Shown in pieces: positions 1-9,479 of a stretch of DNA of 64,000 nucleotides (positions are counted from its first letter, which is position 1; each line of letters begins with the position of its first letter). The stretch comes from Polyangiaceae bacterium (GTDB lineage Bacteria > Myxococcota_A > Polyangia > Polyangiales > Polyangiaceae), in assembly GCA_050287085.1 (NCBI GenBank), contig JBNKBE010000002.1, positions 160,001 through 224,000 on the forward strand, in the 5' to 3' direction. Under the pieces are notes generated by a model. It searched no databases. It was not told the origin of the DNA and was given only the letters and a program-made list of their open reading frames with translations. A program made the position numbers and the translations under genes.

Positions 1-2189
1 ACGTCCTCTGCGTCGACTTCGAAGATCTCCATGGCCGTTCTTAGGTGAATGTCTTGGTCATTGGAGAAGGCATCGAGCAGGACGGGGTCCTCTGATAGAT
101 GTGCCAGAACGCGCAACTCAATCTGTGAGTAGTCGGCGCTGATCAAGACGTGACCTTCTTGGGCGATGAAGGCGGAGCGAATGCTCGACCCGAGCTCGCT
201 GCGAATGGGGATGTTCTGGAGGTTCGGTTCACTGGATGAAAGTCTTCCGGTCGCTGCCCCATCCTGATGCCAAATCGTATGCAGGCGCCCCGTTTTCGAA
301 TCGACGAGCTTTGGCAGAGTATCGATGTACGTACCCTTCAATTTGCTCAGCTGGCGCAATTCGAGGATGACCGCGGGAAGCTCGTGAACTTCTGACAGGG
401 CTTCCAGGGTTTCGGCGTCCGTGGAGCGCGACGTCTTGGTTCTCTTCAGCGGTTTGAGTCCGAGCTCGTCAAAGAGCAAAGTCTCGAGTTGTCGTGGAGA
501 ATTGACGTTGAACTCACGGCCCGCAAGTGCGTGGGCTTTTTTCTCGAGCGAGCTCAGTTGCTTTTCGACTTCGACCCCGAGGTGCCGCAGCGCTGATGCG
601 TCGAGACAAATGCCGCGCTGTTCTAGCTCTGCAAGCAGCGGAATGAGTGGTTGCTCCAGTTGACGCCAGACTGGCATCAACCCCTCGTCATCGAGCCGGT
701 TCATATGGCGCTGCCACAATTCGAAGACGACTGTGCTTCGAGCTCCCGCAAGAGCTCCCAGGGCGTCGATGGCGACCTCGTCCAGCGCCATGCGGGTTCT
801 CTTCTTCTCGACTTTCGTCAAGTCTTCTTCGCTCTGGAGGCTCAAGCCGAGTTCCGCCTGCGCCATTCGTTCGAGGGTGGCCTGTTCTCCTTTGCCCAGC
901 ACGTAGCCCGTGATTCGGGCGTCGAACCCCACTTGCTTCAGGCTCCGGCCTGTGCGTCCCAGGAGGACGAGCAGTGACTTCACGTCGTAGCCGCCAAGTT
1001 CCACGCCTGCCTGCAGCAGTTCGTGGAGCCAGACAAGAACCTCGCTTTCCGCGAGTTGCGTCGGGACGCCCAGATAGCGGTGGCCCGTGGGGGCGTAGTA
1101 GGCGTGCTGAGCGTCCGGGGCCAGCCCAACTCCGACGACCGTCGACGTGAGCGCGGTCGAGCCCAGCAGGATCGGGACGACGCTGAGGCGTCCCGACGCG
1201 CGGGCTAGTTCTGCGATCGGAGCCAAGGCCTCCGCGTTCCCAACCAAGATGGGGGCGGGAAGCGGACGTCCCGCTTGTTCGGTCGGTAGCCCCGCGCCGG
1301 TCGCGTCGGTGGTGTCGTCGAGCATCGCCAGCTGGCGCATGAAACCGAGCTCGGCGTAGAGCTCGCGCAGCCTGGGATTGGGTTGCCGTTGATAACGCAG
1401 CTTCTCCGTGGAAAACTCGAGGGGTACGTCGTGACGGAGCGTGACGAGTTGCTGGCTGAGCTCAGCTTGCGCGCGATGCTCCTCCAATGTCTCACGGAGT
1501 TTCTTGCGCTTCAGCTCCGTCAGGTGGGCGTAGAGGCCCGCAAGGTCTCCGTACGTCGAGAGCAATTGCGCGGCAGTCTTGGGGCCCACACTCGGAACCC
1601 CAGGCACGTTGTCGGACGTATCGCCGATCAGCGCTAGGGCGTCGCGAACCTGACTTGGCCCGACACCAAAGCGCGCCGTTACTTCTTCGGGGCCGAAGAC
1701 TCGATCGCGCATGGTATCCCAGAGCACGACGTCCTCGCTGACCAGCTGCATGAGGTCTTTGTCGCCGCTGACGATCACCACCCGCAGGCCCAGGGCCGCG
1801 GCGCTTCCTACCAAGGTGGCGATAACGTCGTCCGCTTCGACACCATCCTGCTGAAAGACGGGGAGAGACAAGGCCTCCACAACCTCTCCCACGCGCCGCA
1901 TCTGGCTCCTTAACTCATCAGGAGGTGGGGGTCGGTTCGCCTTATACGCTGGGTAGAGCTCCTTGCGAAACGTCGCGGTGCGGGAGTCCATCGCGATCGC
2001 CAGGTGTCGCGGCTGACGCTCGCGAATGAGTCGCTCCAGCATGTTGACCGTGCCGAGGATCGCGTTGGTAGGCTCTCCGAGTGGACTGCTCAGGGGCGCA
2101 ATTGCGTGGAAGGCTCGGAAGACGTAGCCACTGATGTCGACGATGTACAATACGTCGTCGGCGGCTGCTTCAAAGAGTCGCGTCGCCAT
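1..2189 (-). CDS. polA: DNA polymerase I (partial, runs off window start)
   Basis: Not in the ORF track (no stop in window). Reverse-complement translation from ATG 2189 gives MATRLFEAAADDVLYIVDISGYVFRAFHA...TNA...FRKELYPAYKANR...GVEADDVIATL (5'-3' exonuclease), then TGRLSSSEPNLQNIP and SADYSQIELRVLAHLS (Pol A motif A). Confidence 0.97.
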   Translation of the reverse strand, partial: MATRLFEAAADDVLYIVDISGYVFRAFHAIAPLSSPLGEPTNAILGTVNMLERLIRERQPRHLAIAMDSRTATFRKELYPAYKANRPPPPDELRSQMRRVGEVVEALSLPVFQQDGVEADDVIATLVGSAAALGLRVVIVSGDKDLMQLVSEDVVLWDTMRDRVFGPEEVTARFGVGPSQVRDALALIGDTSDNVPGVPSVGPKTAAQLLSTYGDLAGLYAHLTELKRKKLRETLEEHRAQAELSQQLVTLRHDVPLEFSTEKLRYQRQPNPRLRELYAELGFMRQLAMLDDTTDATGAGLPTEQAGRPLPAPILVGNAEALAPIAELARASGRLSVVPILLGSTALTSTVVGVGLAPDAQHAYYAPTGHRYLGVPTQLAESEVLVWLHELLQAGVELGGYDVKSLLVLLGRTGRSLKQVGFDARITGYVLGKGEQATLERMAQAELGLSLQSEEDLTKVEKKRTRMALDEVAIDALGALAGARSTVVFELWQRHMNRLDDEGLMPVWRQLEQPLIPLLAELEQRGICLDASALRHLGVEVEKQLSSLEKKAHALAGREFNVNSPRQLETLLFDELGLKPLKRTKTSRSTDAETLEALSEVHELPAVILELRQLSKLKGTYIDTLPKLVDSKTGRLHTIWHQDGAATGRLSSSEPNLQNIPIRSELGSSIRSAFIAQEGHVLISADYSQIELRVLAHLSEDPVLLDAFSNDQDIHLRTAMEIFEVDAED

Positions 2190-2236
2190 AGGCGGCGGGT
2201 CTTAGCAGATCGGCGGACAGGCGGGCGGATAGTTGC

Positions 2237-2395
2237 GCAGGTCGCAGGTCGCAGGTCGCAGGTCGCAGGTCGCAGTTGCGCAGGTCGCAGTTGCGCAGGT
2301 CGCAGTTGCGCAGGTCGCAGTTGCGCAGGCCGCAGTTGCGCAGGCCGCAGTTGCGCAGGTCGCAGTTGCGCAGGTCGCAGCGCGCAGGCCGCAGT
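2237..2395. repeat. Intergenic tandem repeat: GCAGGTC x5, then GCAGTTGCGCAGG(T/C)C x7 plus degenerate tail
   Basis: Read directly; lies between divergent polA and kinase starts. Confidence 0.95.
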
Positions 2396-2421
2396 CCGGT
2401 CAGCGTAGCGGGCGGCGGCGC

Positions 2422-2451
2422 TTGGTCGCGCGGACCGATCCCTGCTAGTCT
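2422..2451 (+). promoter_or_regulatory. Putative sigma70 promoter (TTGGTC-18-TAGTCT, with TGn extension), probably leaderless
   Basis: -10 hexamer ends 6 nt before ATG 2458; no Shine-Dalgarno. Confidence 0.5.
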
Positions 2452-2457
2452 GCCGCC

Positions 2458-3801
2458 ATGGGCGATATGCAGCTGGAGCCTCTGGCCGGAATGCTCGTGG
2501 CTCAGAAGTACCGGCTGCTACACGCTATCGGGAGCGGCGGCATGGGGAGCGTCTGGGCGGCTGAGCATGTATCCTTGCGGACGCGCTGCGCCATCAAGTT
2601 CATGGAGCGCGCGCTGGCCGCACAGCAAGAAGGTCGCCAGCGCTTTGACAACGAAGCCATGGCGGCAGCGCGCCTATCGAGTCGACACATTGTACGGGTG
2701 TTCGACCACGGCGTCGACGACGCGACAGGCCGACCCTACCTGGTCATGGAGCTGCTGCGGGGCGAGCCCTTGGATCAGCGTCTCGAGCGCGAGGGAACCC
2801 TCGAACTACAAGAAGTGCGCAGTATCGCCTCGGATCTGGGCAAGGCGCTGCAGCAAGTGCATGCAGCGGGGATCGTGCATCGAGATCTGAAGCCCGAAAA
2901 CATCTTTCTGGTGCGCGACGAGGACGGGGACGCGGAGTACGCGAAGCTGGTGGACTTTGGCATTGCGAAGTTTTCCCGCGAGTCCGGACTCTCGTCGTCC
3001 ACAGAGACGGGGGCTGTTGTGGGAACCCCCCAATACATGAGCCCTGAGCAGGCTAGGGGCCTGCGGGCCGTGGATCAGCGCGCAGACGTGTGGTCGCTGG
3101 GGGTGATCGTCTATCGCGCTTTGACGGGGCGCTTGCCCTTCGACGGGGAGTCGGTGGCTGACGTCCTGGTCAAGATTTGCACGGCAGCCCCGCTGCCCCC
3201 GAGCACCCATGTCCCGCTTCCGCCGGATGTCGACCCCTGGATGGAGCGGTCGCTGCGGAAGGAGCCCGCCGCGCGCTTCGCCAGCGTTCGAGAGCAGGTG
3301 GAGGCGTTGCAGGGGCCGCCCTCCAGCGCGCCCGCGGATTTGCAAAGCGTGCGCTCCAACCCAAGCCGACTTCTCCTGGGGGCCGTCCTCGTGACAATCC
3401 TTGGCGCCGGGGCTGGCCTTTGGTACGTCGTTTCGCACGCGGGAGACCTGGCAGCGGCCTCCGGCCCGGAGCCGCTTGTGGAGGCTCCCACGGTGGCGGC
3501 GCCCCCCACAGGGTCTGAGTCGTCGGCGCTCGACACGCGCGTCCACCTGGGCGCCGCTGGGTCGAACGATGCAAGCGCACCGGCTGTGCCTCCGACGGGG
3601 GCGGATACGCCCGTCGCACCCGCTCCGCTTCGGCCCCCTCCGCGCGCCCTTCCCAGAGCGCAGCGCGACACGGCCCAGACCGCTGCGCCCGCGGCGCCGC
3701 CCCCGCCGAGGCGCAGCACTTCTTCCGGTCCACCCTCGGGAAACGCCTCAAGCGAGCCGAAGCGGGGCGAGCGCCCCGTGGAGGAGGAGCTGGGATATTG
3801 A
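2458..3801 (+). CDS. Hanks-type Ser/Thr protein kinase with one TM helix and Pro/Ala-rich tail
   Basis: IGSGGMGSV, CAIK, HRDLKPEN, DFG, GTPQYMSPE, DVWSLG; TM LLLGAVLVTILGAGAGLWYVV. Confidence 0.95.
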   Translation: MGDMQLEPLAGMLVAQKYRLLHAIGSGGMGSVWAAEHVSLRTRCAIKFMERALAAQQEGRQRFDNEAMAAARLSSRHIVRVFDHGVDDATGRPYLVMELLRGEPLDQRLEREGTLELQEVRSIASDLGKALQQVHAAGIVHRDLKPENIFLVRDEDGDAEYAKLVDFGIAKFSRESGLSSSTETGAVVGTPQYMSPEQARGLRAVDQRADVWSLGVIVYRALTGRLPFDGESVADVLVKICTAAPLPPSTHVPLPPDVDPWMERSLRKEPAARFASVREQVEALQGPPSSAPADLQSVRSNPSRLLLGAVLVTILGAGAGLWYVVSHAGDLAAASGPEPLVEAPTVAAPPTGSESSALDTRVHLGAAGSNDASAPAVPPTGADTPVAPAPLRPPPRALPRAQRDTAQTAAPAAPPPPRRSTSSGPPSGNASSEPKRGERPVEEELGY

Positions 3802-3887
3802 GCTCCGTCGACCTACATGAGAGCACCAAAGTTCGGAAAACGTGAGTCTTTCTCGCGTTCGTGCGGCGTTAAAGCGCCGCTTGGCGC

Positions 3888-3915
3888 TGGACATTCCCGG
3901 GCGACTCGCTAGTCT
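3888..3915 (+). promoter_or_regulatory. Putative sigma70 promoter for ihfA (TGGACA-16-TAGTCT)
   Basis: Consensus-like hexamers about 190 nt upstream of the ihfA ATG. Confidence 0.35.
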
Positions 3916-4107
3916 TTCTCCTGTGAAGCCAGGGACTTGGGGCGCAGTGGAAGTATTCAACGGCCGACCCGTTGGGGCCGGGAGGCGCTTCGGATCCGGT
4001 ATGCGGGGGCGAGTCGCTTGGCGAATCCGCGTGGGCGGGGCGGAGACTGTTTGGGCATTGCGCTTGGCACTTTTGGGGCTTCGAGAAGGCATCAATATGA
4101 GGGCACG

Positions 4108-4467
4108 ATGACCAAAGCGGAGATAGTTCAGGCAGTCTATTCCAAGCTCGGTGGCTTCTCGAAGAAGGAGGCGGCCGATCTGGTGGATCTTGTCTTCGAG
4201 ACCATGAAAGAGACGCTCGGACGTGGCGAGAAGATCAAGATCTCCGGCTTCGGCAATTTTGTCTTGCGCGACAAGCGGGAGCGCCAGGGACGCAATCCCC
4301 AAACCGGCGCACCGATCACCATTGCCGCTCGTCGCGTGCTGAACTTCAAGGCAAGCCAACTGCTGAAGGACTCGCTCAACCACGAGGGCGAAGACGGCGT
4401 TGCGGCGCCGGGGCTAGGTAGGGTTTCTCCCTTGGATTACGCCGAGCCGGACGACGACGACTTCTGA
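4108..4467 (+). CDS. ihfA: Integration host factor alpha subunit
   Basis: MTKAEIV...FSKKEAADLVDLVFE...GEKIKISGFGNFVLRDKRERQGRNPQTG...RRVLNFKAS; start set at ATG 4108. Confidence 0.9.
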   Translation: MTKAEIVQAVYSKLGGFSKKEAADLVDLVFETMKETLGRGEKIKISGFGNFVLRDKRERQGRNPQTGAPITIAARRVLNFKASQLLKDSLNHEGEDGVAAPGLGRVSPLDYAEPDDDDF

Positions 4468-4606
4468 ATGTCGCAGGCGGGCGGCCGGACGTCGGTCGTG
4501 AGCCCGTAGCCCGGGACAGGGAAGTTCCGACCGGAGCGTCTGCTGTTGACGAGCGCTGCGCCACGGGCCAAACCCTGGCGCAAAGGCAATTACCCCGGAG
4601 GACGCG

Positions 4607-5089
4607 ATGGCTGAAGGCCTGAACAAAGTGATGCTGCTTGGAAATCTTGGCGCCGACCCTGAATTGCGGATGACCGCCGGGGGGCAGGCGGTGCTCAATC
4701 TGAGACTGGCGACCAGCGAGACCTACTTGGACAAGAACCGCCAACGTCAGGAGCGGACCGAGTGGCACCACGTTGTGATCTGGGGAAAACGGGCAGAAGC
4801 GCTCGGGCGCATTCTGGCAAAGGGTAGCCGGCTCTTCGTCGAAGGTGGCTTGCGCACCAGTAGCTACGACGATCGCGACGGCAACAAGCGCTACAAGACC
4901 GAGATAGTGGCCAGCAACGTCCTGCTGCAGGGGGGCGGGCCGCGCTCCGGGGGGGGTGGTGGTTACGATTCCGGCCCCGGACCGGGCGGTGGGGGCGGCT
5001 ACGACCCCGGTCCCGGACCGGGCGCAGGGGGCGGGGGGTACGACCCGGGACCCGGCGGGCCGCTCGGCGACGATGACATCCCGTTCTGA
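4607..5089 (+). CDS. ssb: Single-stranded DNA-binding protein
   Basis: LNKVMLLGNLGADPELR, ERTEWH, VEGGLRT, Gly-rich linker (GGGGYDxGPG x3), C-terminal DDDIPF; GGAGG RBS. Confidence 0.97.
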   Translation: MAEGLNKVMLLGNLGADPELRMTAGGQAVLNLRLATSETYLDKNRQRQERTEWHHVVIWGKRAEALGRILAKGSRLFVEGGLRTSSYDDRDGNKRYKTEIVASNVLLQGGGPRSGGGGGYDSGPGPGGGGGYDPGPGPGAGGGGYDPGPGGPLGDDDIPF

Positions 5090-5165
5090 GAGCAAGACCA
5101 CGGCCCGGGGCCGTAGGAGCGGCACTAGCTCTCAACCGTCGCACTCCCTTCGCCGTAGGTTCGCG

Positions 5166-6551
5166 GTGGAACGACGTGTCGCGCGACTGGCCATTGGACT
5201 ACTTGCTGTCGCCTGCGCGTCGGGAGCTGCGTCGGGAGCCCTGGTGCAGAGGTCCGAGCATAAGCAGGCTCCCGCGCGGCGGGCTCAGGCGACCGAGCCG
5301 GAGCCCGAGCCCGCTGTCTACGGCGAGCCCGAGCCGCCTACGCCGGGAGCTCGGGCTCCGGCTCCAATTCCACTGCCGCTGCCGCATTTCTACGCCAAGC
5401 TGGCCTCGCTTCTCAGTCTTCGAGATGGAGCTGAGAGGGAGGGTGAGGCGATGCAGGACGTGGTCCGCGTCGCCTGGTTTGGTGACTCCCATACGGCGGC
5501 GGACTTCCTCACCGGCGCCCTTCGGGAGCGATTGCAGTCGGTTTTCGGGGACGCGGGGCCCGGGTTTGTTCCGATCGGCACGAGTCTCGGGCGTCACGAG
5601 CAAGTGGCGGTTCAGGTCAAGGGGCGTTGGGTGCGTGAGCCACCTTCGCCCGCGTCACACGTTCGAGTTTCGGATGGGATCTTGGGCCTGTCCGGGTTGG
5701 GAGCCAAGGCCGAGCCCTACAGCGGAAGCTTGCGGCTCCATATGCGACGGGGTCAGGTTCCGCCCGCGGAGACCATGACGTGGCGCATCGTGTTGAGATC
5801 CCCGGACGGCCCGTTCAGCTGGCACGCGCGGGCGGGGGAGCAAGTTGCCAAGCTGCGCTTCGATGGCGCGCGCTGGAGCGCCACGGCTTCGGATGTGGCC
5901 GTCAGGGGTTCACAGCTCATGGCCTGGACCCTCGATGTCCCGACTGGAGAAGCGCTGGAGTTGCTGCCACCTTCGAGCGAAGTGGAGGTATTCGGGGCCT
6001 TTGGCGAAACTGCCGGGCCCGGCGTGGTACTGGACACCCTGGGCATCAATGGCGCTCGCATTCGAACCACACGCGCGTGGCACGAAGGAACCTTCGTCGG
6101 CGAGCTGGCAGAGCGAGGGCCCGCGCTGGTTGTCTTGGCCTACGGGACCAATGAATTGGGCGATAGGGCCCGCCCGGAACACTACGCGCCCTACTACGAA
6201 GCCATGTTGGAGCTGGTGCGCACGGCCAGTCCGGACGCGGATTGTCTCTTGGTGGGACCCACGGATCGAAGGGACGCGGATGGACATTCGCTAGCTCGAG
6301 TCGCCCAGCTCGACGACTTTCAGCGCCAATTCGCAAGCGAGGCGGGATGCGCGTACTTCAGTCTTGCCCAGGCGATGGGAGGCGCAGGCGGGTATCAGCG
6401 CTGGGCTCGCTCAGAGCCCCCTTTGGCCGGGGGAGATGGCGTGCATCTGACGGCGTTGGGTTACGTCAAGTTGGCCGAAGCTCTCGTCGACTCATTGCGT
6501 GAGTCATTCGAGCTCAGCACTGGACTCTCTTGGCAGCGGCCGAGTCACTGA
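5166..6551 (+). CDS. SGNH/GDSL-family hydrolase or O-acyltransferase (PatB-like), exported
   Basis: FGDSH, GINGAR, YGTNE, DGVH catalytic blocks; N-terminal signal with LAVAC; GTG start uncertain. Confidence 0.8.
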   Translation: MERRVARLAIGLLAVACASGAASGALVQRSEHKQAPARRAQATEPEPEPAVYGEPEPPTPGARAPAPIPLPLPHFYAKLASLLSLRDGAEREGEAMQDVVRVAWFGDSHTAADFLTGALRERLQSVFGDAGPGFVPIGTSLGRHEQVAVQVKGRWVREPPSPASHVRVSDGILGLSGLGAKAEPYSGSLRLHMRRGQVPPAETMTWRIVLRSPDGPFSWHARAGEQVAKLRFDGARWSATASDVAVRGSQLMAWTLDVPTGEALELLPPSSEVEVFGAFGETAGPGVVLDTLGINGARIRTTRAWHEGTFVGELAERGPALVVLAYGTNELGDRARPEHYAPYYEAMLELVRTASPDADCLLVGPTDRRDADGHSLARVAQLDDFQRQFASEAGCAYFSLAQAMGGAGGYQRWARSEPPLAGGDGVHLTALGYVKLAEALVDSLRESFELSTGLSWQRPSH

Positions 6552-8083
6552 GGCGTCTCGGATGCGGGACGCTCGAGCTTCTCCTGCGGCTCCTTCAGGT
6601 GTTCGTTGAAGCCCTGCATGAGTGCTTGAAAAAGCCAGTTGCCGAGCACCTCCGCGCCGTATCCCGTGGGATGGGTCAAGTCCGCTTGGCCTAGCCCGCG
6701 CTTGACCCATTGTGCCATCGAGCCCCTGCCGCCCATCGCTTTGAAGGTGTCAAAATAGGCGCAACCCACTTCCCGGGCGGTGGCTTCCTGCTCCCGTACG
6801 ATGTGTGGAATGATCGGCAGCGTGACGAGCCATTGGCCTTGTTTGCGCGCCCGGTCCATCGCAGAAAGGACGAGACAGCCGGCGTCGGGCACCGCCGCGC
6901 GCCCCTGTTCGAGAACGGCTTTCATGGTGGCGTGGTAGTCCGCCATGGAATAGGCGAAGCCGTCACCGCTCTCGTTGGCACCGAATTGGTAGACGATCAG
7001 ATTGGGGCGGCGGTGTTGCAACTGCCCGGCCCAATGCGCGTCGTCCTGCTTGTCGAGAAAGCGCAAGCGTGCACCCTGGATTCCGATGGCGTCCAACACC
7101 ACGCCGGGGCGTGCGCGTTCAAGGACGAAACCGAACATGCGGGTGAAGCGCGTCTTGGTCACGACTTCGAATAGATGCTCTCCGTCTGGCACCGCCACTT
7201 CGTAGAACGCGCTCGTCGCGCTGGGGGCTTCCGTGGATAGGACGGCGATGCGTTCTCCGTCGACATTGACCTCCAGTTCGCCCCCGAAGGGCTGTTTGAG
7301 GTAGTGCAGCTCGAAACGCGACGCCGCACGACCAAAGCGACCTGTCTGAGCGGTGCCGACTCGGCTGCGCACGCCCGGGGGGGCTTTGAAAGAGACACCA
7401 CCGAGACCGTACAACCCGTCTTTTGCGTAAGGACCGACCACCCGCGATAGTTCGAAGCCACGCGAGGCGAATCGAAACACGTCGTTGTGAAAGTAGGCAG
7501 GCCAGGCGTCAGCGATCAGCACAAAGCCGTGGCCGGCGTCGCCGAACTCCGCCTGCAGCTTGCGTCGCAGCGTGGCGGTCACGTAGTCGCTCGCGACCAC
7601 CGAATCGCCGTGGTAAAGAATCCGAGTCACCGGGACGGGGGCGTCGCCTGTCGCCTGCGCTCGGCGCGAGCGCGCGAGGGCGCGGTAGAATGGTTCCAGG
7701 CTGCCTTCGGGATCAACGATCGGCAGGGGCGGACGCTCAGCGTCGACGCGGGGCACGTCAAATGGGGTTTGCGACGTGGCCGCGATCGGACCTGCTGGCG
7801 CCGCAGGAAGGACGACGCGTTCAGGTAGAGCCAGTTCGCGTCGCGTGGTTGTTACGGTCTCCAGGCGAGCTTCCCCGTACGTATCAAGCGGGGACGGCGC
7901 TGCGGGGGCGCTGGCCAAGGGGGGCAGAGGACGATGCCATAAGCGCCATCGCGCGGCGCCCGGAATGAACTCCAGCGCGAGCCCCGCCAGCAACACCCAC
8001 AGCACCGCGGCTACGGGGGGGGACGTCAGCAGTGAGCGGAGCGGGCTAGGCTGTGGTTTTTCGCGGGCGACGGAGTCACTCAT
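6545..8083 (-). CDS. SGNH/GDSL-family hydrolase or O-acyltransferase (paralog), N-terminal TM
   Basis: HGDSV, FGDAGHGFV, GIQGAR, FGANE, DLTH; ATG 8083 overlaps the upstream stop. Confidence 0.8.
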   Translation of the reverse strand: MSDSVAREKPQPSPLRSLLTSPPVAAVLWVLLAGLALEFIPGAARWRLWHRPLPPLASAPAAPSPLDTYGEARLETVTTTRRELALPERVVLPAAPAGPIAATSQTPFDVPRVDAERPPLPIVDPEGSLEPFYRALARSRRAQATGDAPVPVTRILYHGDSVVASDYVTATLRRKLQAEFGDAGHGFVLIADAWPAYFHNDVFRFASRGFELSRVVGPYAKDGLYGLGGVSFKAPPGVRSRVGTAQTGRFGRAASRFELHYLKQPFGGELEVNVDGERIAVLSTEAPSATSAFYEVAVPDGEHLFEVVTKTRFTRMFGFVLERARPGVVLDAIGIQGARLRFLDKQDDAHWAGQLQHRRPNLIVYQFGANESGDGFAYSMADYHATMKAVLEQGRAAVPDAGCLVLSAMDRARKQGQWLVTLPIIPHIVREQEATAREVGCAYFDTFKAMGGRGSMAQWVKRGLGQADLTHPTGYGAEVLGNWLFQALMQGFNEHLKEPQEKLERPASETPQ

Positions 8084-9353
8084 CGTCGGACTCGTCGATG
8101 CTCGGACGAGCGCTGCTGTGCTGCTCCTCAGAGTCATCGTCGCTCTGCGCATCACGCAAAGGGCTCGGGTTGTGCCGGCGTGGGTCGGAGCCTGCGCGGG
8201 GTAGGTCGCGCGGAGCGAGCTCTTGTTTGGCAAGACGGGTGAGGGCTTCCGCGGCCTCTCGCCGCCGTCCCTGATCGAGCCCAGAGCATTTTTCGATGGC
8301 TTGCAGCAGCCGTCGCTTCTCGCTTAAGTCGCTTGTGGCGGTGGCTCGGGCGAATGCCTGATCGGCCCAGTCCGCTTCGATGAGTTTGAATCGTTCGCTG
8401 GCCCGGACGTTGCTGCCAGGGGCGATGGTTGCGAGCGTCTCGTGAGCGCCTTCGAGATCGCCCTGGCTGTGCAGATCCGTGGCGCGGTCCAGTGCAAGCG
8501 CTGACGGTGAGCGCGCACTCTGGGAGGCCGCCGGCTGCCGCGTGTTGTCGGTAAGCCAGAAAAGTACGCCTCCCAAAGCAATGCCAGCTCCCAGAGCGGC
8601 CAGCAGCACTTTGGGATCTTTCAGGGTACCGAGCAGCACGGCGCCCAGCCCCGGCGCTTGAATGCGGCCTTGGAACCGCTTCGGATCGAAGTCTTGACCG
8701 CTGGGTACGAAGGTGAGCAGCACGTCACCGAGCTCAAGCAGATCGCCTGGGGCGAGCGTTGCGCTGGCGACCTCATGCCCGTTGATGCGCAGGCCGTTGG
8801 AGCTATCCTGATCCTCGACGCGGTAGCTGCCGCCGGGCATGCGCTCGATGTCGATATGCACTCGACTCACGGAAGTGTCGGCCAACGCGATGTCGCACTC
8901 TTCGCCTCGCCCGACCAGCAAGCGTTCTGGACCCAAGGGGTATTGATAGCCCGCGCCGGGGCCCTCCACCACCACGAGCCGGTCTCGGCTGCGCAAGTCT
9001 CGGCGGGAGCGCGGTCCAACGCGGGTTGTTTCGTGGGCGCGAGGCGCAGGGACAGCCGCCTCGGTCCCATCTGTCAACCACAGGCTGTAGTCGCCGAGTC
9101 GTAGCTGGTCACCTTTTGCCAACGCGACCGCCGTGCGGACCTCCATCCCATTTCTGAAAGTACCCGTCGCGGAGCCGCAGTCCTCGATGTACCAGCTGTC
9201 GCCTTCGCTCCAGATTCGCGCGTGGCGCCGGGAGATGTTGCGCTCGGTCAGACGGATGGCGTTCTGTTCAGCCCGCCCGATGTCATACTCGGTCCGGGCG
9301 AGATCGATAACCGTCCGATTGGACTGGTCATCTTCGATGCAGAGATTCCACAT
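8076..9353 (-). CDS. Double FHA-domain membrane protein
   Basis: IGR...ISRRHA...SATGTFRNG and VGR...VSRVH...SSNGLRING; TM LLAALGAGIALGGVLFWL. Confidence 0.9.
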   Translation of the reverse strand: MWNLCIEDDQSNRTVIDLARTEYDIGRAEQNAIRLTERNISRRHARIWSEGDSWYIEDCGSATGTFRNGMEVRTAVALAKGDQLRLGDYSLWLTDGTEAAVPAPRAHETTRVGPRSRRDLRSRDRLVVVEGPGAGYQYPLGPERLLVGRGEECDIALADTSVSRVHIDIERMPGGSYRVEDQDSSNGLRINGHEVASATLAPGDLLELGDVLLTFVPSGQDFDPKRFQGRIQAPGLGAVLLGTLKDPKVLLAALGAGIALGGVLFWLTDNTRQPAASQSARSPSALALDRATDLHSQGDLEGAHETLATIAPGSNVRASERFKLIEADWADQAFARATATSDLSEKRRLLQAIEKCSGLDQGRRREAAEALTRLAKQELAPRDLPRAGSDPRRHNPSPLRDAQSDDDSEEQHSSARPSIDESDDE

Positions 9354-9479
9354 GCGCGCCTTGGCGAATAATGCAACGAAAGCGCAAGCGAGCCAAGGAC
9401 ACAAGTGGGGGGGATGGGCTTTGGCCGGAGTTTCGGTGGCTTGTCCCCCGGACGCCCGTTGGAAGTCCCCGGATTCGGA

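Noticed and set aside
421..2160. Plus-strand ORFs over polA, and similar antisense or alternate-frame ORFs throughout (e.g. 34148-35293, 55943-63665)
   Set aside because: Shadow ORFs of real genes in high-GC DNA.
2237..2395. CRISPR array or pentapeptide-repeat ORFs (AQVAV/SCAGR/RRSQL)
   Set aside because: No spacers or cas genes; the ORFs are by-products of a stop-free repeat.
4950..5060. SSB GGGGYDPGPG repeats as a novel domain
   Set aside because: Gly/Pro-rich disordered linkers are normal in SSB.
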